64,000 bases of DNA, taken from assembly GCA_963668315.1 (NCBI GenBank), contig OY764216.1:4064001-4128000 (forward strand). The letters are read 5' to 3'. This document shows positions 29,083 through 38,761 of the stretch, in pieces. The first letter of the stretch is position 1, and each line of letters starts with the position of its first letter. The notes beneath the pieces are model-generated. The model was not told the origin of the DNA, made no database searches, and saw only the letters and a list, made by a program, of their open reading frames with translations. The translations under genes were made by a program, and so were the position numbers. This stretch comes from Spirochaetia bacterium (GTDB lineage Bacteria > Spirochaetota > Spirochaetia > DSM-2461).

Positions 29083-30772
29083 GAGACTTTCTTCCTTTCC
29101 TTTCCGGCTTTTCCGGATTAATTCTTTCCACCAGAATATTGAGCATGTAAATGGCTGTGATGATGACGGCGATCATAATGACGATATAGGCGGCCGCGTC
29201 GCTGTACTGACTGACTTCAAAGAGGGAGAAGATTCTCGTGGTGACCACATTCCACCTTGCCGAGACCAGGAAAATGATGGCGCTTACCGCCGTCATGGCC
29301 CGGACAAAGGAGTAGACCAGACCGGAGAAGAAAGCTCCTTTAATGAGCGGCAGGGTCACATGGAAAAAGGTTTGGAAGCTGTTGGCCCCCATATTGACAG
29401 AGGCTTCCTCTATGGAGGGGTCAATCTGCATCAGAGCCGATGAGGCGCCTTCGATACCAACCGGCAGATTTCTGAAAACGAAAACACAGATCAGTATCAG
29501 CGCCGTTCCGGTCAGGAGGAAAGGCCTGTCGTTAAAGGCCAGAATAAAACTGATTCCCACGACCGTACCGGGCAGGGCAAATGTCAGGAGGGAGGCGAGG
29601 CTCATATACTTTTTGCCGATGAAACTCTTCCTCACGGTAAGAAAGGCGATGGCCATGCCCGTCAGGCCCGTGAGGGGCGTGGCGATAACGGCCAGCAGAA
29701 CGGCATTCTTCAGGGGCTTGAACCCGATGGAAAAGACGTATCGGAAATGATCCAGAGTGGGAGCGTAATTTATTCCCCAGACCTTGACGAAGGCTCCTAC
29801 GATGACGGTGCCGTAGAAAAGGACGATTATCCCGCTGAAAAGAAGACAGAAGGTAATGAGGGGAATGACAATATGCCTCTCGCTCAGGCGAACCCTGTGC
29901 TGGGAAGGCTTACCGGTGACGGTGACGAACCCCTTGCCGCTTACCCAGTATTTCTGCAGAAGAAAGGCGATAAGGCTGGGAAGGAGAAGCATAATGGAAA
30001 GTATGGCGCCGGTCCGTAAATCGTACATGCCCGTTATGACCCGGTAGGCTTCCACTCCCAGGGTGGGAAAGCCCCCCCCGATAACGGCGGGATTGCTGAA
30101 ATCCTGCAGGGATTGGATGAATACGAGAAGGAGGGCGCTGAATATTCCCGGCAGGGAGAGGGGAAAAGTCACGGTCCAGAAGATCTTCCAGCGGGAGGCG
30201 CCCAGATTGAGGGCGGCGTCCTCCACGGAAGAGTCGATCGCCTGAAGGATTCCCGAAAGGGTAAGATAGGCCACGGGAAAAAAGGAGAGTGACTGCACAA
30301 GAATCAGACTGTGCATGCCGTAGACGTTGAAATCGGTTATCCCCAGGAGATTGTTGGTAATGATCCCCTTTCTTCCGAAGAGGAAAATGATCGACAGGGA
30401 GAGGACAAAGGGGGGTGAGATAACGGGAAGAGTCGCCATCGTCTTCAGGAATCCCCGGAACGGGGCGGCGGTTCTGGTTATGGTAAAGGCGAATAGATAG
30501 CCGACCACAGTGGCGATCACGGCGGATATAGCGCCCAGTTTTATGCTGTTGAAAAATGTCGTTCGGTAGGATCTGTTCATAAGAACGTCCCCGATCGTTT
30601 CAAAGGTGATACTCCCGTTTTCAGAGGTAATACTGTAGCGGAGTATCATAAAAAGCGGATACATGACGAAAAGAGTCAGCAAAGCTATCAGTATTATAAT
30701 GAATATCAGAAGAACCGGCTCTTTTCTGAGCATTTTCAGTTTCCAAAATAGATCTTTCAGTGAGTTTCTCAT
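29072..30772 (-). CDS. ABC transporter fused double permease (FbpB/AfuB class)
   Basis: About 12 TM helices; VEDAALNLGA and IEEASVNMGA EAA loops. Start taken at MRNSLKD. Confidence 0.92.
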   Translation of the reverse strand: MRNSLKDLFWKLKMLRKEPVLLIFIIILIALLTLFVMYPLFMILRYSITSENGSITFETIGDVLMNRSYRTTFFNSIKLGAISAVIATVVGYLFAFTITRTAAPFRGFLKTMATLPVISPPFVLSLSIIFLFGRKGIITNNLLGITDFNVYGMHSLILVQSLSFFPVAYLTLSGILQAIDSSVEDAALNLGASRWKIFWTVTFPLSLPGIFSALLLVFIQSLQDFSNPAVIGGGFPTLGVEAYRVITGMYDLRTGAILSIMLLLPSLIAFLLQKYWVSGKGFVTVTGKPSQHRVRLSERHIVIPLITFCLLFSGIIVLFYGTVIVGAFVKVWGINYAPTLDHFRYVFSIGFKPLKNAVLLAVIATPLTGLTGMAIAFLTVRKSFIGKKYMSLASLLTFALPGTVVGISFILAFNDRPFLLTGTALILICVFVFRNLPVGIEGASSALMQIDPSIEEASVNMGANSFQTFFHVTLPLIKGAFFSGLVYSFVRAMTAVSAIIFLVSARWNVVTTRIFSLFEVSQYSDAAAYIVIMIAVIITAIYMLNILVERINPEKPERKGRKSHEK

Positions 30773-30850
30773 ATATGTCTCTGTGTATTGACGAACCTTC
30801 CCTTCCCCCGTTCCGCCAGGGAAACGGAGAGAGAGAAGGAAAAGGGGCAC

Positions 30851-31909
30851 TTATTTCAGATTGTCCGCGCTGGCGACTACCTGGGTAAATTCTTCGATGA
30901 GCCGCTTGCGGTTCTCTCCGGCCCATATGAAATCATAATCAATGATGGGAAGATCCTTGATGTTGACAGCCCCGTCAGGAACGATGGCGTTTACATTGAC
31001 AGGAAGACGGAAGGAGCCGTTCTGTGAATAGATATCCTGTCCTTTCTTGCTCAGAACCCAGTCGATGAAGGCATGGGCGTTCTCCTGCTCCTCGGCGGGT
31101 CCGTCCTTGATAAGGGCGATGGCTCCGATCTCATAGCCCGTTCCCTCTTCGGGGAAGGAGATCTCAACGGGATAGCCCTGCACGGCGGGCTTGAGGCAGT
31201 CATGGGAAAAGGAGAGCCCCACCGCCGCTTCGCCGAGGCCGACGTTCTTCGGGGGAGCCGATCCGGATTTGGTATACTGCCTGATGTTGCTGTTGAGCTT
31301 GCCGAGATACTCCATGGCCTCTTCTTCGCCCAGCATCTGAACAAGGGTCGCCAGGATCGTATAGGCCGTGCCGGAGGAACCGGGATGGGCCATGGAAATC
31401 TGATCCTTATAGACCGGATCGAGCAGATCATTCCAGGAAGAAGGATAGGCCAGTCCCCTGTCGGCGAACCATCCCTTATCCACGGCGAAAGCCAGAGCTC
31501 CCACATACACAGGGGACCACATCCCGGCGGGATCGCGGTAGCTTTCGGGGATATTCTTCAATTCGGGCGAACTGTAGGGTTCCAGAAGACCGTTTCCCGC
31601 AGCGGCGATAAAGGTATCGCAGTTGCCGCCGTACCAGACGCTGGCCTGGGGATTATTCTTCTCGACCTGTACTTTTGACAGAATCTCTCCGGCGGAGAGG
31701 CGGACAAAATCCACGGAAATGCCCGTATCTTCCTTGAAGGCCTCCACATAGGAAGGGATCTCCGTCTCGGGCAGGGCACAATAGATGGTAAGCCGCTTCG
31801 AACCGCTCCCGTCCTGGTCTCCCGAGGCGGCCAGGGTGCAGGGGATACCGGCCAGCATAATGCAAAAAGCGATGAATCCGACATGAAGGGATCTGAATCT
31901 TGTTTTCAT
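30851..31909 (-). CDS. ABC substrate-binding protein (AfuA/sugar-phosphate-like)
   Basis: RLSAGE, EKNNPQA.VW.GG, P.SSGTAYT, YTKSGSAP, P.EGTGYEIG; GAGGAG RBS before MKTRF. Confidence 0.9.
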   Translation of the reverse strand: MKTRFRSLHVGFIAFCIMLAGIPCTLAASGDQDGSGSKRLTIYCALPETEIPSYVEAFKEDTGISVDFVRLSAGEILSKVQVEKNNPQASVWYGGNCDTFIAAAGNGLLEPYSSPELKNIPESYRDPAGMWSPVYVGALAFAVDKGWFADRGLAYPSSWNDLLDPVYKDQISMAHPGSSGTAYTILATLVQMLGEEEAMEYLGKLNSNIRQYTKSGSAPPKNVGLGEAAVGLSFSHDCLKPAVQGYPVEISFPEEGTGYEIGAIALIKDGPAEEQENAHAFIDWVLSKKGQDIYSQNGSFRLPVNVNAIVPDGAVNIKDLPIIDYDFIWAGENRKRLIEEFTQVVASADNLK

Positions 31910-31940
31910 AAAAACTCCTCTAATTTTTTTCACTTCCTGA

Positions 31941-31952
31941 GCACACGTGTGC
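31941..31952. promoter_or_regulatory. LacI-type operator B (GCACACGTGTGC)
   Basis: Perfect 12-bp palindrome just downstream of a minus-strand TTTACA-17-TATTAT promoter; identical copy at 35147. Confidence 0.72.
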
Positions 31953-32020
31953 GTTAAAGTTATAATAAAGCCACAATGTCAGATTGTAAAGTTTTTTTTG
32001 AAAATCCTTCCCTGTCCGCC

Positions 32021-35000
32021 TTAGAAACAGGAGGCCTTCAGATTCTGGCCGATCCCTTTGAACACATAGGTGAGCGGTTTCTGTCTTTCCCGGCCGATCT
32101 TCAGATTTTTTTTCAGTGCCGCAATATACTGATCTCCCCTGCTCAGATAAAAGGCCATGGCCTTTGAGTAATTCTTACCGAGGAATCCGTCGAGGAACAG
32201 ATTGCCTATCATTTTCTTTCTCTCAAGGACAGACTGGAACCTCAGGAATATCAGCCTCTCCTCGGGAGTCATCTGCTTCACCATTGCCTTGAGCACCGTC
32301 CGGGCATGGGGCTGGTAATACCAGAAATAGAGAAGATCCAGGGCATCATAAATGGAAGAGTTCAGCAGCTCCGGATCTTCGATCTTAATGGTCTTTGCGA
32401 CTTTCTTGGGGTTCTTCAGAAGATGGAGAACGCTGTCTTCGGGCAGAAGCAGCTCCATTCTGATAAAGGACCGGTACATCTGCCTGATCTTCCGCTGATA
32501 ATCCCTTCGCCTCAGGCGGATATTACGGTTCCTGTCCGCCGTTCCCTCTATGACACCGGCGACACAGTCGGAAGCGGCCTTTGAAATGACGGCGGCCCAT
32601 TTCTGGAGTATCATCTCAACGCCGGCAATACCCAGGGAGCCCAGCAATCCTCCCAGAAGGGCGTTGAAGGCAATAGCAAGGGGAATGGAGAGAATGGAAC
32701 GGAAAAAATTACCGGCGATCGCCCCCGTGGGGAGTCCCCTCAGAAAATTGTGACTGGAAATATAAATTCCGTTCACCAGTGCCATGATTCCGTAAAGGGC
32801 CAGCACATTGGTGGAGGTGTTGATTCCGAATCCCCTGTCCAGGAGGAGGGATTTAACGAGAAAATCCAGAAGGGGAACGGAGAACCCCGTATAAAGCAGG
32901 GAGTCGGCGACGCGGCTCCAGTTCACATAGCTGTTCCAGGAAAGGAGGGGCGAACGGCGCAGGCTGTCCCCTCCCAGAACGGACTGCAGTATGTTCCTCA
33001 GCCCCGTTATGCCGAACCAGATGGGCGCTCCCAGATAGGCCAGAACCCACCACTGCTTGGTCAGGGAAAAGGTCAGGAATGCCGGGATGAAGCCTATGGC
33101 CACCTTGATGACATTCTTCATATTACTGTTAAGATATTTCCATTTATAGGAGAGACTTGATCGGTTCTCCCGAGCGTTCTCCCGCTCGGGAGCGGACTCT
33201 GAGGCCTGGGGTTTCCATCCCAGGGCGATGACATTATTGGCACCATCCCTGTCGGAGGAATAACTCTCGGCCAGCCACTCTCTGTTTTCGGTGAAACGGT
33301 TGACCATCAGAGGATTATCCTCTGAGTTTGAATAACGCTTAGTCTTCGCGGGAAAATATGTCCGCCTTACTCTCACGGGGAGGTAGATGGGCAGCAGCCG
33401 CTGCTCGTCCCTTTTTCTGACCTCCCTCTGGGTTTTTCTGGGCAGAGTGTCGATCACGGCAAGGCCCATTCCGTACAGCTGGCTCGACCTTCCCGTAGAG
33501 TCACTGCCCCACCGGTCGGCGATGGGATGATTCTCATAATAACGGAGAAGGCCCGGCAGGTCATTGAGTATATGATTCAGATTCTCCACGCGCTGCTCGG
33601 TATCCTCCTCATCCGACTCTTCCGCCTCTTCAATCAATGAGAGGATGGCCCTCTTCAGGGCAATGGTATTCCCCCTGTTGAGGGGATGCTGAAAGGACCG
33701 TATCCGGGGAATTTCATGATCCAGACCCTGGGCCCAGTCCTTATGGTTATAGATTTCCAGAGCTGATATGCTCCCTTTGCTCCGGTAGATAAGCTCAAGC
33801 ACATCTTCTGCATTAAGTCCCGTCAGATTGAGAGTTAATCGGTAGCCCGGATGTATGGAATCCAGCCTGTCAATCAGCTCTTCGAGGGGGGGATTTTTCT
33901 CCCCTTTCTTCTCCTTTTCCTGCTGTCCTCCGTCAAATTCCCGGAAATACTCCTCAAATATTTGTTCGGAGATACAGTTTTCCAATAGATCGATCTGATC
34001 TTCCAGAGCTTCTCTTTCGGGACCGGAGGCCCCTTCCGCCGCCTTACGGCAGATATCCAGCCTCTTTTTGAAGAGAGGCTGGGCCCTGGTATAGATGTAC
34101 TCGGAAAGATGGAGCATGGAAGCCTGACCGGTACCCACGAAACTCCTGAAATCCTTCGATTCCAGTTCCGGAAGATCCACGGCGTAGACCTTATTGAAGT
34201 TGAACCGCATCACCCGGTTGAACACTTTGAGGGCGGCAAAGACTTTCTTCTCCCTTTTACGGCTGAATTTAGCCCCCTCCTCCATAAAGGAGACAACTTC
34301 CGGTCTTTCCAGAAAACGCATGAAGCCGTCCGCATCGGAGAACCCCCGCGGGGTCCAGATCAGGGAAACGGCCCTTCCCCGCAGATCGGCTTTAAATTCC
34401 ACCCCTATGCGCAGTTCGATTTCCATGTATGAAGCCGCTGTCAGCAGTTCCTTGGCCGCTTCGGCGGGTATATAATTGTAATAGACAACGGTAAGAGAGC
34501 GGATGCCCTTAATCCAGGCATCCATAATAAGATGGGAGGGTGTCTTCCGCCCCTTGGTATGGGCATCGTGGACATGGTGATCAAAGGTCAGCTGATTCCA
34601 CTCTTCCGGCATTTCCAGGAGATGATAGGCTTTGAGAAATTTGCGGACAACCGCCGGCTTTCCCGTTAAAATGTTATGAAAATCATAGGCCAGTTCAAGG
34701 CGGCGCCGTTCATCCCCTTCTTCTCTGAGAAGATCTTTCATTACGGAAAGAAGGGCCCGCGCCGTATTCTTGCTCATCGATCCCTGGGAGCTGAAAATGA
34801 CCTCATCCCTGAGTGAGTGCAGCGCCTTAAGCCTATCGTCAGAGGAACCCTCTTCGAGGGTATCCAGAAGATTCCTCATGAGATTCGCCACCCGTATACC
34901 CTTGGAATCACCCAGTTCCTTGATCCCGCTCGGATGCATATGGTAATTAAAAAGGGGCTGCGGCTTTTTTTGCCGCCCCTGGTTTGCTCTTCTGTCGGGG

Positions 35001-35050
35001 AGATGCTCAAGTAATCTCCGGTCCCGTTCATTAAATAAAAAATCCCGCAC
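32021..35050 (-). CDS. Large hypothetical protein: PHP-like metallo-domain + multi-TM region
   Basis: DHHVHD, GVEF, LEIYN and GSDSTG resemble PHP motifs; hydrophobic helices at about aa 645-830. Confidence 0.75.
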   Translation of the reverse strand: MRDFLFNERDRRLLEHLPDRRANQGRQKKPQPLFNYHMHPSGIKELGDSKGIRVANLMRNLLDTLEEGSSDDRLKALHSLRDEVIFSSQGSMSKNTARALLSVMKDLLREEGDERRRLELAYDFHNILTGKPAVVRKFLKAYHLLEMPEEWNQLTFDHHVHDAHTKGRKTPSHLIMDAWIKGIRSLTVVYYNYIPAEAAKELLTAASYMEIELRIGVEFKADLRGRAVSLIWTPRGFSDADGFMRFLERPEVVSFMEEGAKFSRKREKKVFAALKVFNRVMRFNFNKVYAVDLPELESKDFRSFVGTGQASMLHLSEYIYTRAQPLFKKRLDICRKAAEGASGPEREALEDQIDLLENCISEQIFEEYFREFDGGQQEKEKKGEKNPPLEELIDRLDSIHPGYRLTLNLTGLNAEDVLELIYRSKGSISALEIYNHKDWAQGLDHEIPRIRSFQHPLNRGNTIALKRAILSLIEEAEESDEEDTEQRVENLNHILNDLPGLLRYYENHPIADRWGSDSTGRSSQLYGMGLAVIDTLPRKTQREVRKRDEQRLLPIYLPVRVRRTYFPAKTKRYSNSEDNPLMVNRFTENREWLAESYSSDRDGANNVIALGWKPQASESAPERENARENRSSLSYKWKYLNSNMKNVIKVAIGFIPAFLTFSLTKQWWVLAYLGAPIWFGITGLRNILQSVLGGDSLRRSPLLSWNSYVNWSRVADSLLYTGFSVPLLDFLVKSLLLDRGFGINTSTNVLALYGIMALVNGIYISSHNFLRGLPTGAIAGNFFRSILSIPLAIAFNALLGGLLGSLGIAGVEMILQKWAAVISKAASDCVAGVIEGTADRNRNIRLRRRDYQRKIRQMYRSFIRMELLLPEDSVLHLLKNPKKVAKTIKIEDPELLNSSIYDALDLLYFWYYQPHARTVLKAMVKQMTPEERLIFLRFQSVLERKKMIGNLFLDGFLGKNYSKAMAFYLSRGDQYIAALKKNLKIGRERQKPLTYVFKGIGQNLKASCF

Positions 35051-35146
35051 TTTATTATCCTCAAGTCAAAAATTCGTCTAGGGAATACACTTCCCCCTAT
35101 TGCTTATGCCCGAAGCCGGGGCACAAAATATTATACACCCAAAAAG

Positions 35147-35158
35147 GCACACGTGTGC
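35147..35158. promoter_or_regulatory. LacI-type operator B (GCACACGTGTGC)
   Basis: Identical to 31941-31952; about 100 bp upstream of the 1009-aa gene. Confidence 0.7.
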
Positions 35159-35190
35159 TTTCTTTTTCTATTTTTCTTCCCCCGGGACAT

Positions 35191-35233
35191 AAAAGAAGAC
35201 CTCCGGCGGATCGTTTTTTCATCCGCCGGAGGT
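35191..35233 (-). terminator. Intrinsic terminator after the phytase gene
   Basis: ACCTCCGGCGGAT...ATCCGCCGGAGGT stem followed by CTTCTTTT on the minus strand. Confidence 0.75.
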
Positions 35234-35258
35234 TGATAATTAAGACCAGGTCCCGCCC

Positions 35259-36689
35259 TTAATAGTCGGCTTTCAGTGTTTCGATGTTTTCTTCCAGGGT
35301 CGTCTCAAGGCCGAAACCCAGATCCTCCACCTTCCTGCCGTAATAGGCTTTCACATCGGACCAGTTATAGTAGTGTCCCGATACGGGCTTTATGGTTTCG
35401 GCAAAAGAAGTCTCCTTCTCATTAAGCAATACCTTCACCAGAGGTTTCTTTCCGTCGGCGGTATAGACGATCCACTCCAGATTCGCGGCCATGGGCCCGT
35501 AGTAAGCCACATCCCAATACTCTATGGCTTCAGCAATATCATCGCTGGGCACGGCGGAATCCTCGATCTCAAGAAAACCGACCAGGGGTACCACCGTCTC
35601 GGCATGGGCGAAACTGAAAACACCCGTGTAGTCCGTCTCTCCCGCCAGATAGGCATCCACCTCGTTTATCATCCTTTTCGCCAGGGGCGCCATGATCTCC
35701 AGGGAGATGGGCTCTTCATTCACCCTGCCCGGTCCTTTCGTGTAAAAGGATTTGGCATTCTGAACTTTCTCGAACAGCACAAGCTCTTCCTCTTTGAAAT
35801 AGCCGCTCATATCAACATCGGAAAAACCGTCGTCCTCAAGGGCGGGCAGAATGATGTACATTTCCCAGAGAGCATTGGTGGCCGTTGCCAGGCTGTTGAT
35901 AATAACATCGTCATCCTCGCTGTAAAATTCGAATTCCCCCTTATCAAGCCGATCGACAAATTCCGGGGTGAAGAACTGGGAAATAACCCGCTTGTTGATG
36001 GCCCTTGCCTCATCGGTTTCGGTAAAGGAGATAATGTCCTCATACCAGTCGCCGTTTTCCTTATAGTCATCATACTTTCCGGCGATATCAAGGGATCTCA
36101 GATAGGGGTCTTTTTTCTTTTCATTCTGTACGACACTTATTTCCCCACTATATCCCGTCGTCCTTAGTCCGGTCAGGAAACTGTCCCTGGACTCGCAGGT
36201 TCTCTCCTTATAGGTGGCGTCGGCAAATAGGGGCCTGCCCTCATCAAAAAGATCCTTATAGAGGACTCCGGTTCTCTGTCCTATCATATAGAGCTCGTTC
36301 TTTCCGAGAAGCGTCAATAAGCCGTATTTGCCCTTTTCATAGGCTGCGATTCTCTCTATATCCTTCTTTACAGTATATCCCGCCTCGGATAGAGCCCCTT
36401 CGGACTCGGCCAGAGCTATCATATCCAGCCAGGATTTGTCATATTTGAAGCCGGACAGATTTCTTGACCCGTGACGGTTCAGCCAATAGATAAACTCCGC
36501 CTCATACCCTTCCGGCGGCTGTGTATACACGGCTCCCACCGGCTCCGGATAGGGAACCTTCGAGCCCAGATAGAGAGAACCGGTACTTTCTGCCTTCTCC
36601 ACGGCAACCGCACCGCCATCCGTCCTGCCGGAAGGAAAAAGGGTGAAGGATAAAGCAAAGACACATAAAAACAATAAGACTTTTCTCAT
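35259..36689 (-). CDS. Secreted histidine acid phosphatase, MINPP/phytase type
   Basis: Signal peptide; NRHGSR catalytic motif; FAHAET (HAE proton-donor motif of the MINPP clade); PMAANL. Start at MRKVLL with GGGAG RBS. Confidence 0.88.
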   Translation of the reverse strand: MRKVLLFLCVFALSFTLFPSGRTDGGAVAVEKAESTGSLYLGSKVPYPEPVGAVYTQPPEGYEAEFIYWLNRHGSRNLSGFKYDKSWLDMIALAESEGALSEAGYTVKKDIERIAAYEKGKYGLLTLLGKNELYMIGQRTGVLYKDLFDEGRPLFADATYKERTCESRDSFLTGLRTTGYSGEISVVQNEKKKDPYLRSLDIAGKYDDYKENGDWYEDIISFTETDEARAINKRVISQFFTPEFVDRLDKGEFEFYSEDDDVIINSLATATNALWEMYIILPALEDDGFSDVDMSGYFKEEELVLFEKVQNAKSFYTKGPGRVNEEPISLEIMAPLAKRMINEVDAYLAGETDYTGVFSFAHAETVVPLVGFLEIEDSAVPSDDIAEAIEYWDVAYYGPMAANLEWIVYTADGKKPLVKVLLNEKETSFAETIKPVSGHYYNWSDVKAYYGRKVEDLGFGLETTLEENIETLKADY

Positions 36690-36857
36690 AAAAAACTCCC
36701 TTTGAACATAGTTCAAAAAAGGCGGTAAATCATGCTGCCGCAGACATATCCGATTCTCATTAGACATACGTATGTTTACTTTTAAAGACCGGACAAACCG
36801 AGATTAGCCGTCCGGATGACATGGGATTTTTCTCCCTGCAAGATATTTCCTATTTTT

Positions 36858-36917
36858 TTATAGGCAAATTAGATAGATAAACCCTACCCTTAGGTTATGA
36901 TATTGTATTTCTACCAT
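36858..36917 (-). CDS. Possible 19-aa upstream ORF (MVEIQYHNLRVGFIYLICL)
   Basis: AAGGAG RBS 4 nt before the ATG, within the phytase leader region. Confidence 0.3.
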   Translation of the reverse strand: MVEIQYHNLRVGFIYLICL

Positions 36918-36962
36918 ATCGCTCCTTCTTTATACAGATTTGTAAAAAATGGCTCAAACTTC

Positions 36963-37007
36963 CTTAAACGTTTAAGTAATTATAATATCAAAACGGCAAA
37001 CTGTCAA
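36963..37007 (-). promoter_or_regulatory. Consensus sigma70 promoter TTGACA-17-TATAAT with perfect operator A CTTAAACGTTTAAG (36963-36976)
   Basis: -35 at 37007-37002, -10 at 36984-36979; the palindrome overlaps the predicted TSS. Confidence 0.85.
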
Positions 37008-37155
37008 GGAAAAATAATGAAGCTCTCCGATAGGGTACGGGAATGTTTCCCCGGAATGGGAGAAACTGGTTTATGATCAGGAAAGGGGATGAAAACCGTC
37101 CGATCACCACAGATCAGGTCATCGATACGGTTTTCCTTCGGTTCCCCTCTTCTGC

Positions 37156-37914
37156 CTAAGACGTCCCAAGAAGCTGACTTCTCAGGGACACTAGTTCTTT
37201 CACATGCATGGTGGTTATGGAATGAACGCCGGCCCTTATATATTTCTCAAAGTCATCCCCGGGACCGACAGTCCAGACGGCTATGGGAAGGAAGCGCTGA
37301 TCCGCATGGACCTGCAGTTCCTTTCTGTAGAGATTATGACGGATATTAATGCCGCAGCAGCCGGCGGAAACGGCCGTGTCACAAATGCCCTTCACCTTCC
37401 TTTCATAGGAGTAATCGCTCCTCTCCATAAACGCCTCATCGGCATTCAAGAGAACCTGGAATTCGGGATAGTTGGACTTCAAGTAGGACGCTCTGACCTT
37501 GCCGCATCCGGAAAAAATCACCCCTTCCGCCAGATCGCGGTTTTTCACCAGTTTCGCCACAGGAACGATACACTCATCATCCTTGATATCCAGATTAAGA
37601 AGAATTCCCTTATCCCTGGCGATCTGCAACGCTTCCGCCAGGGGGATGATCTCTCCGTACGAAGAGGAATGGGTAATTTCCTTCCTTTTGAAGAGGCCGG
37701 ATATCTCATCGTAGCTCAGCTTCTCTATGGGTAGTTTCTCCCCCTCCTTCGTCTCCAGGAAATCGTCATGCCAGAGAATCGGGACTTCATCACCGGTGCC
37801 CCTTACATCAACCTCACAGACATCGGCACCCCACTCGGCTCCCTTCAGAAGGGACTCTATGGTATTCTGCGGCGTATCATTACACCCGGTATGGGCGGTT
37901 ATCAGAAGATTCAT
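37156..37914 (-). CDS. Glycerophosphodiester phosphodiesterase family protein
   Basis: TAHTG....NT, EVDVR, LWHD, NLDIK, WTV, GVHSITT. Confidence 0.88.
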   Translation of the reverse strand: MNLLITAHTGCNDTPQNTIESLLKGAEWGADVCEVDVRGTGDEVPILWHDDFLETKEGEKLPIEKLSYDEISGLFKRKEITHSSSYGEIIPLAEALQIARDKGILLNLDIKDDECIVPVAKLVKNRDLAEGVIFSGCGKVRASYLKSNYPEFQVLLNADEAFMERSDYSYERKVKGICDTAVSAGCCGINIRHNLYRKELQVHADQRFLPIAVWTVGPGDDFEKYIRAGVHSITTMHVKELVSLRSQLLGTS

Positions 37915-37927
37915 TTTACCCTCCTTC

Positions 37928-38761
37928 CTACTTCAGCCCCATGGAGAAGCCGTCTGTCAGGTGCTTGTAGTAGAAACCCGAGAAGAGCAGAACAGGAAGG
38001 GTCGCCAAAAGGCCGATGGCCATCAGCTCTCCCCACAGGGTCTCGTACTCGGTAATGAAACTGACGATTTTCAGGGGCAGGGTCTGCAGGGAGGGAGTTC
38101 TGATAAAGAGCAGGGCGAACAGGAACTCATCCCATGCGATGATCACACTGAAGATCGCCGTGGCCACGATGCCCCCCGAAGAGAGGGGAACCACAATATG
38201 GGTCAGGATCTTCATCCGGGAAGCCCCGTCTATCTCGGCGGCCTGTTCAAACTCGAGGGGCAGGGATTTCATAAAGCCGAAAAGCATCCAGATACAGTAA
38301 GGAAGCGTGTATACCTGATAGACCATGATGAGGCCCCAATGGTTGTTTATCAGCTTCACCTGGGAAAACAGGGTATAAAGGGGGATGGAAAGTACCATGG
38401 GGGGAAGGATCTTGACGACCAGAACCCATATGAGGAAGATCACATTCAGCTTAAAGGGGAAATTATGCCTGATGAGGGCATAGGAGGCAAGAAAGGCAAG
38501 GACCAGCGAGATGGCCGTGGATGTGAAAGCCACAAATATACTGTTCATCAGGTTCGTCAGAAATCCCCCTTTCAATACGTTGACAAAGTTCTCCAGACTG
38601 ACGATTTTAGGAAAAAACGTCGGGATGGGAGCGATATTCTCCAGGGGGGTCTTCACGGCTGTTATGAGAATCCAGTAAATGGGAAAAAGGGAGACCGCCA
38701 GCACAAGGATCATAAAAATCCAGAAAAAGATGCCCTTCCGGGCCATTACGGAACCAGCCAT
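37928..38761 (-). CDS. Carbohydrate ABC transporter permease (MalG-like)
   Basis: FEQAAEIDGAS EAA motif; AWDEFLFA. Confidence 0.93.
   Translation of the reverse strand: MAGSVMARKGIFFWIFMILVLAVSLFPIYWILITAVKTPLENIAPIPTFFPKIVSLENFVNVLKGGFLTNLMNSIFVAFTSTAISLVLAFLASYALIRHNFPFKLNVIFLIWVLVVKILPPMVLSIPLYTLFSQVKLINNHWGLIMVYQVYTLPYCIWMLFGFMKSLPLEFEQAAEIDGASRMKILTHIVVPLSSGGIVATAIFSVIIAWDEFLFALLFIRTPSLQTLPLKIVSFITEYETLWGELMAIGLLATLPVLLFSGFYYKHLTDGFSMGLK

Noticed and set aside
19365..31909. Default 'iron(III) ABC transporter' annotation for both modules
   Set aside because: Context (phosphatases, kinases, LacI operators, no Fur box) favours phosphorylated organic substrates.
31941..35158. Identical 12-mers flanking the 1009-aa gene as target-site duplication or att sites
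   Set aside because: They are CG-centred palindromes at promoter positions, and no integrase or transposase is present; operators are more plausible.
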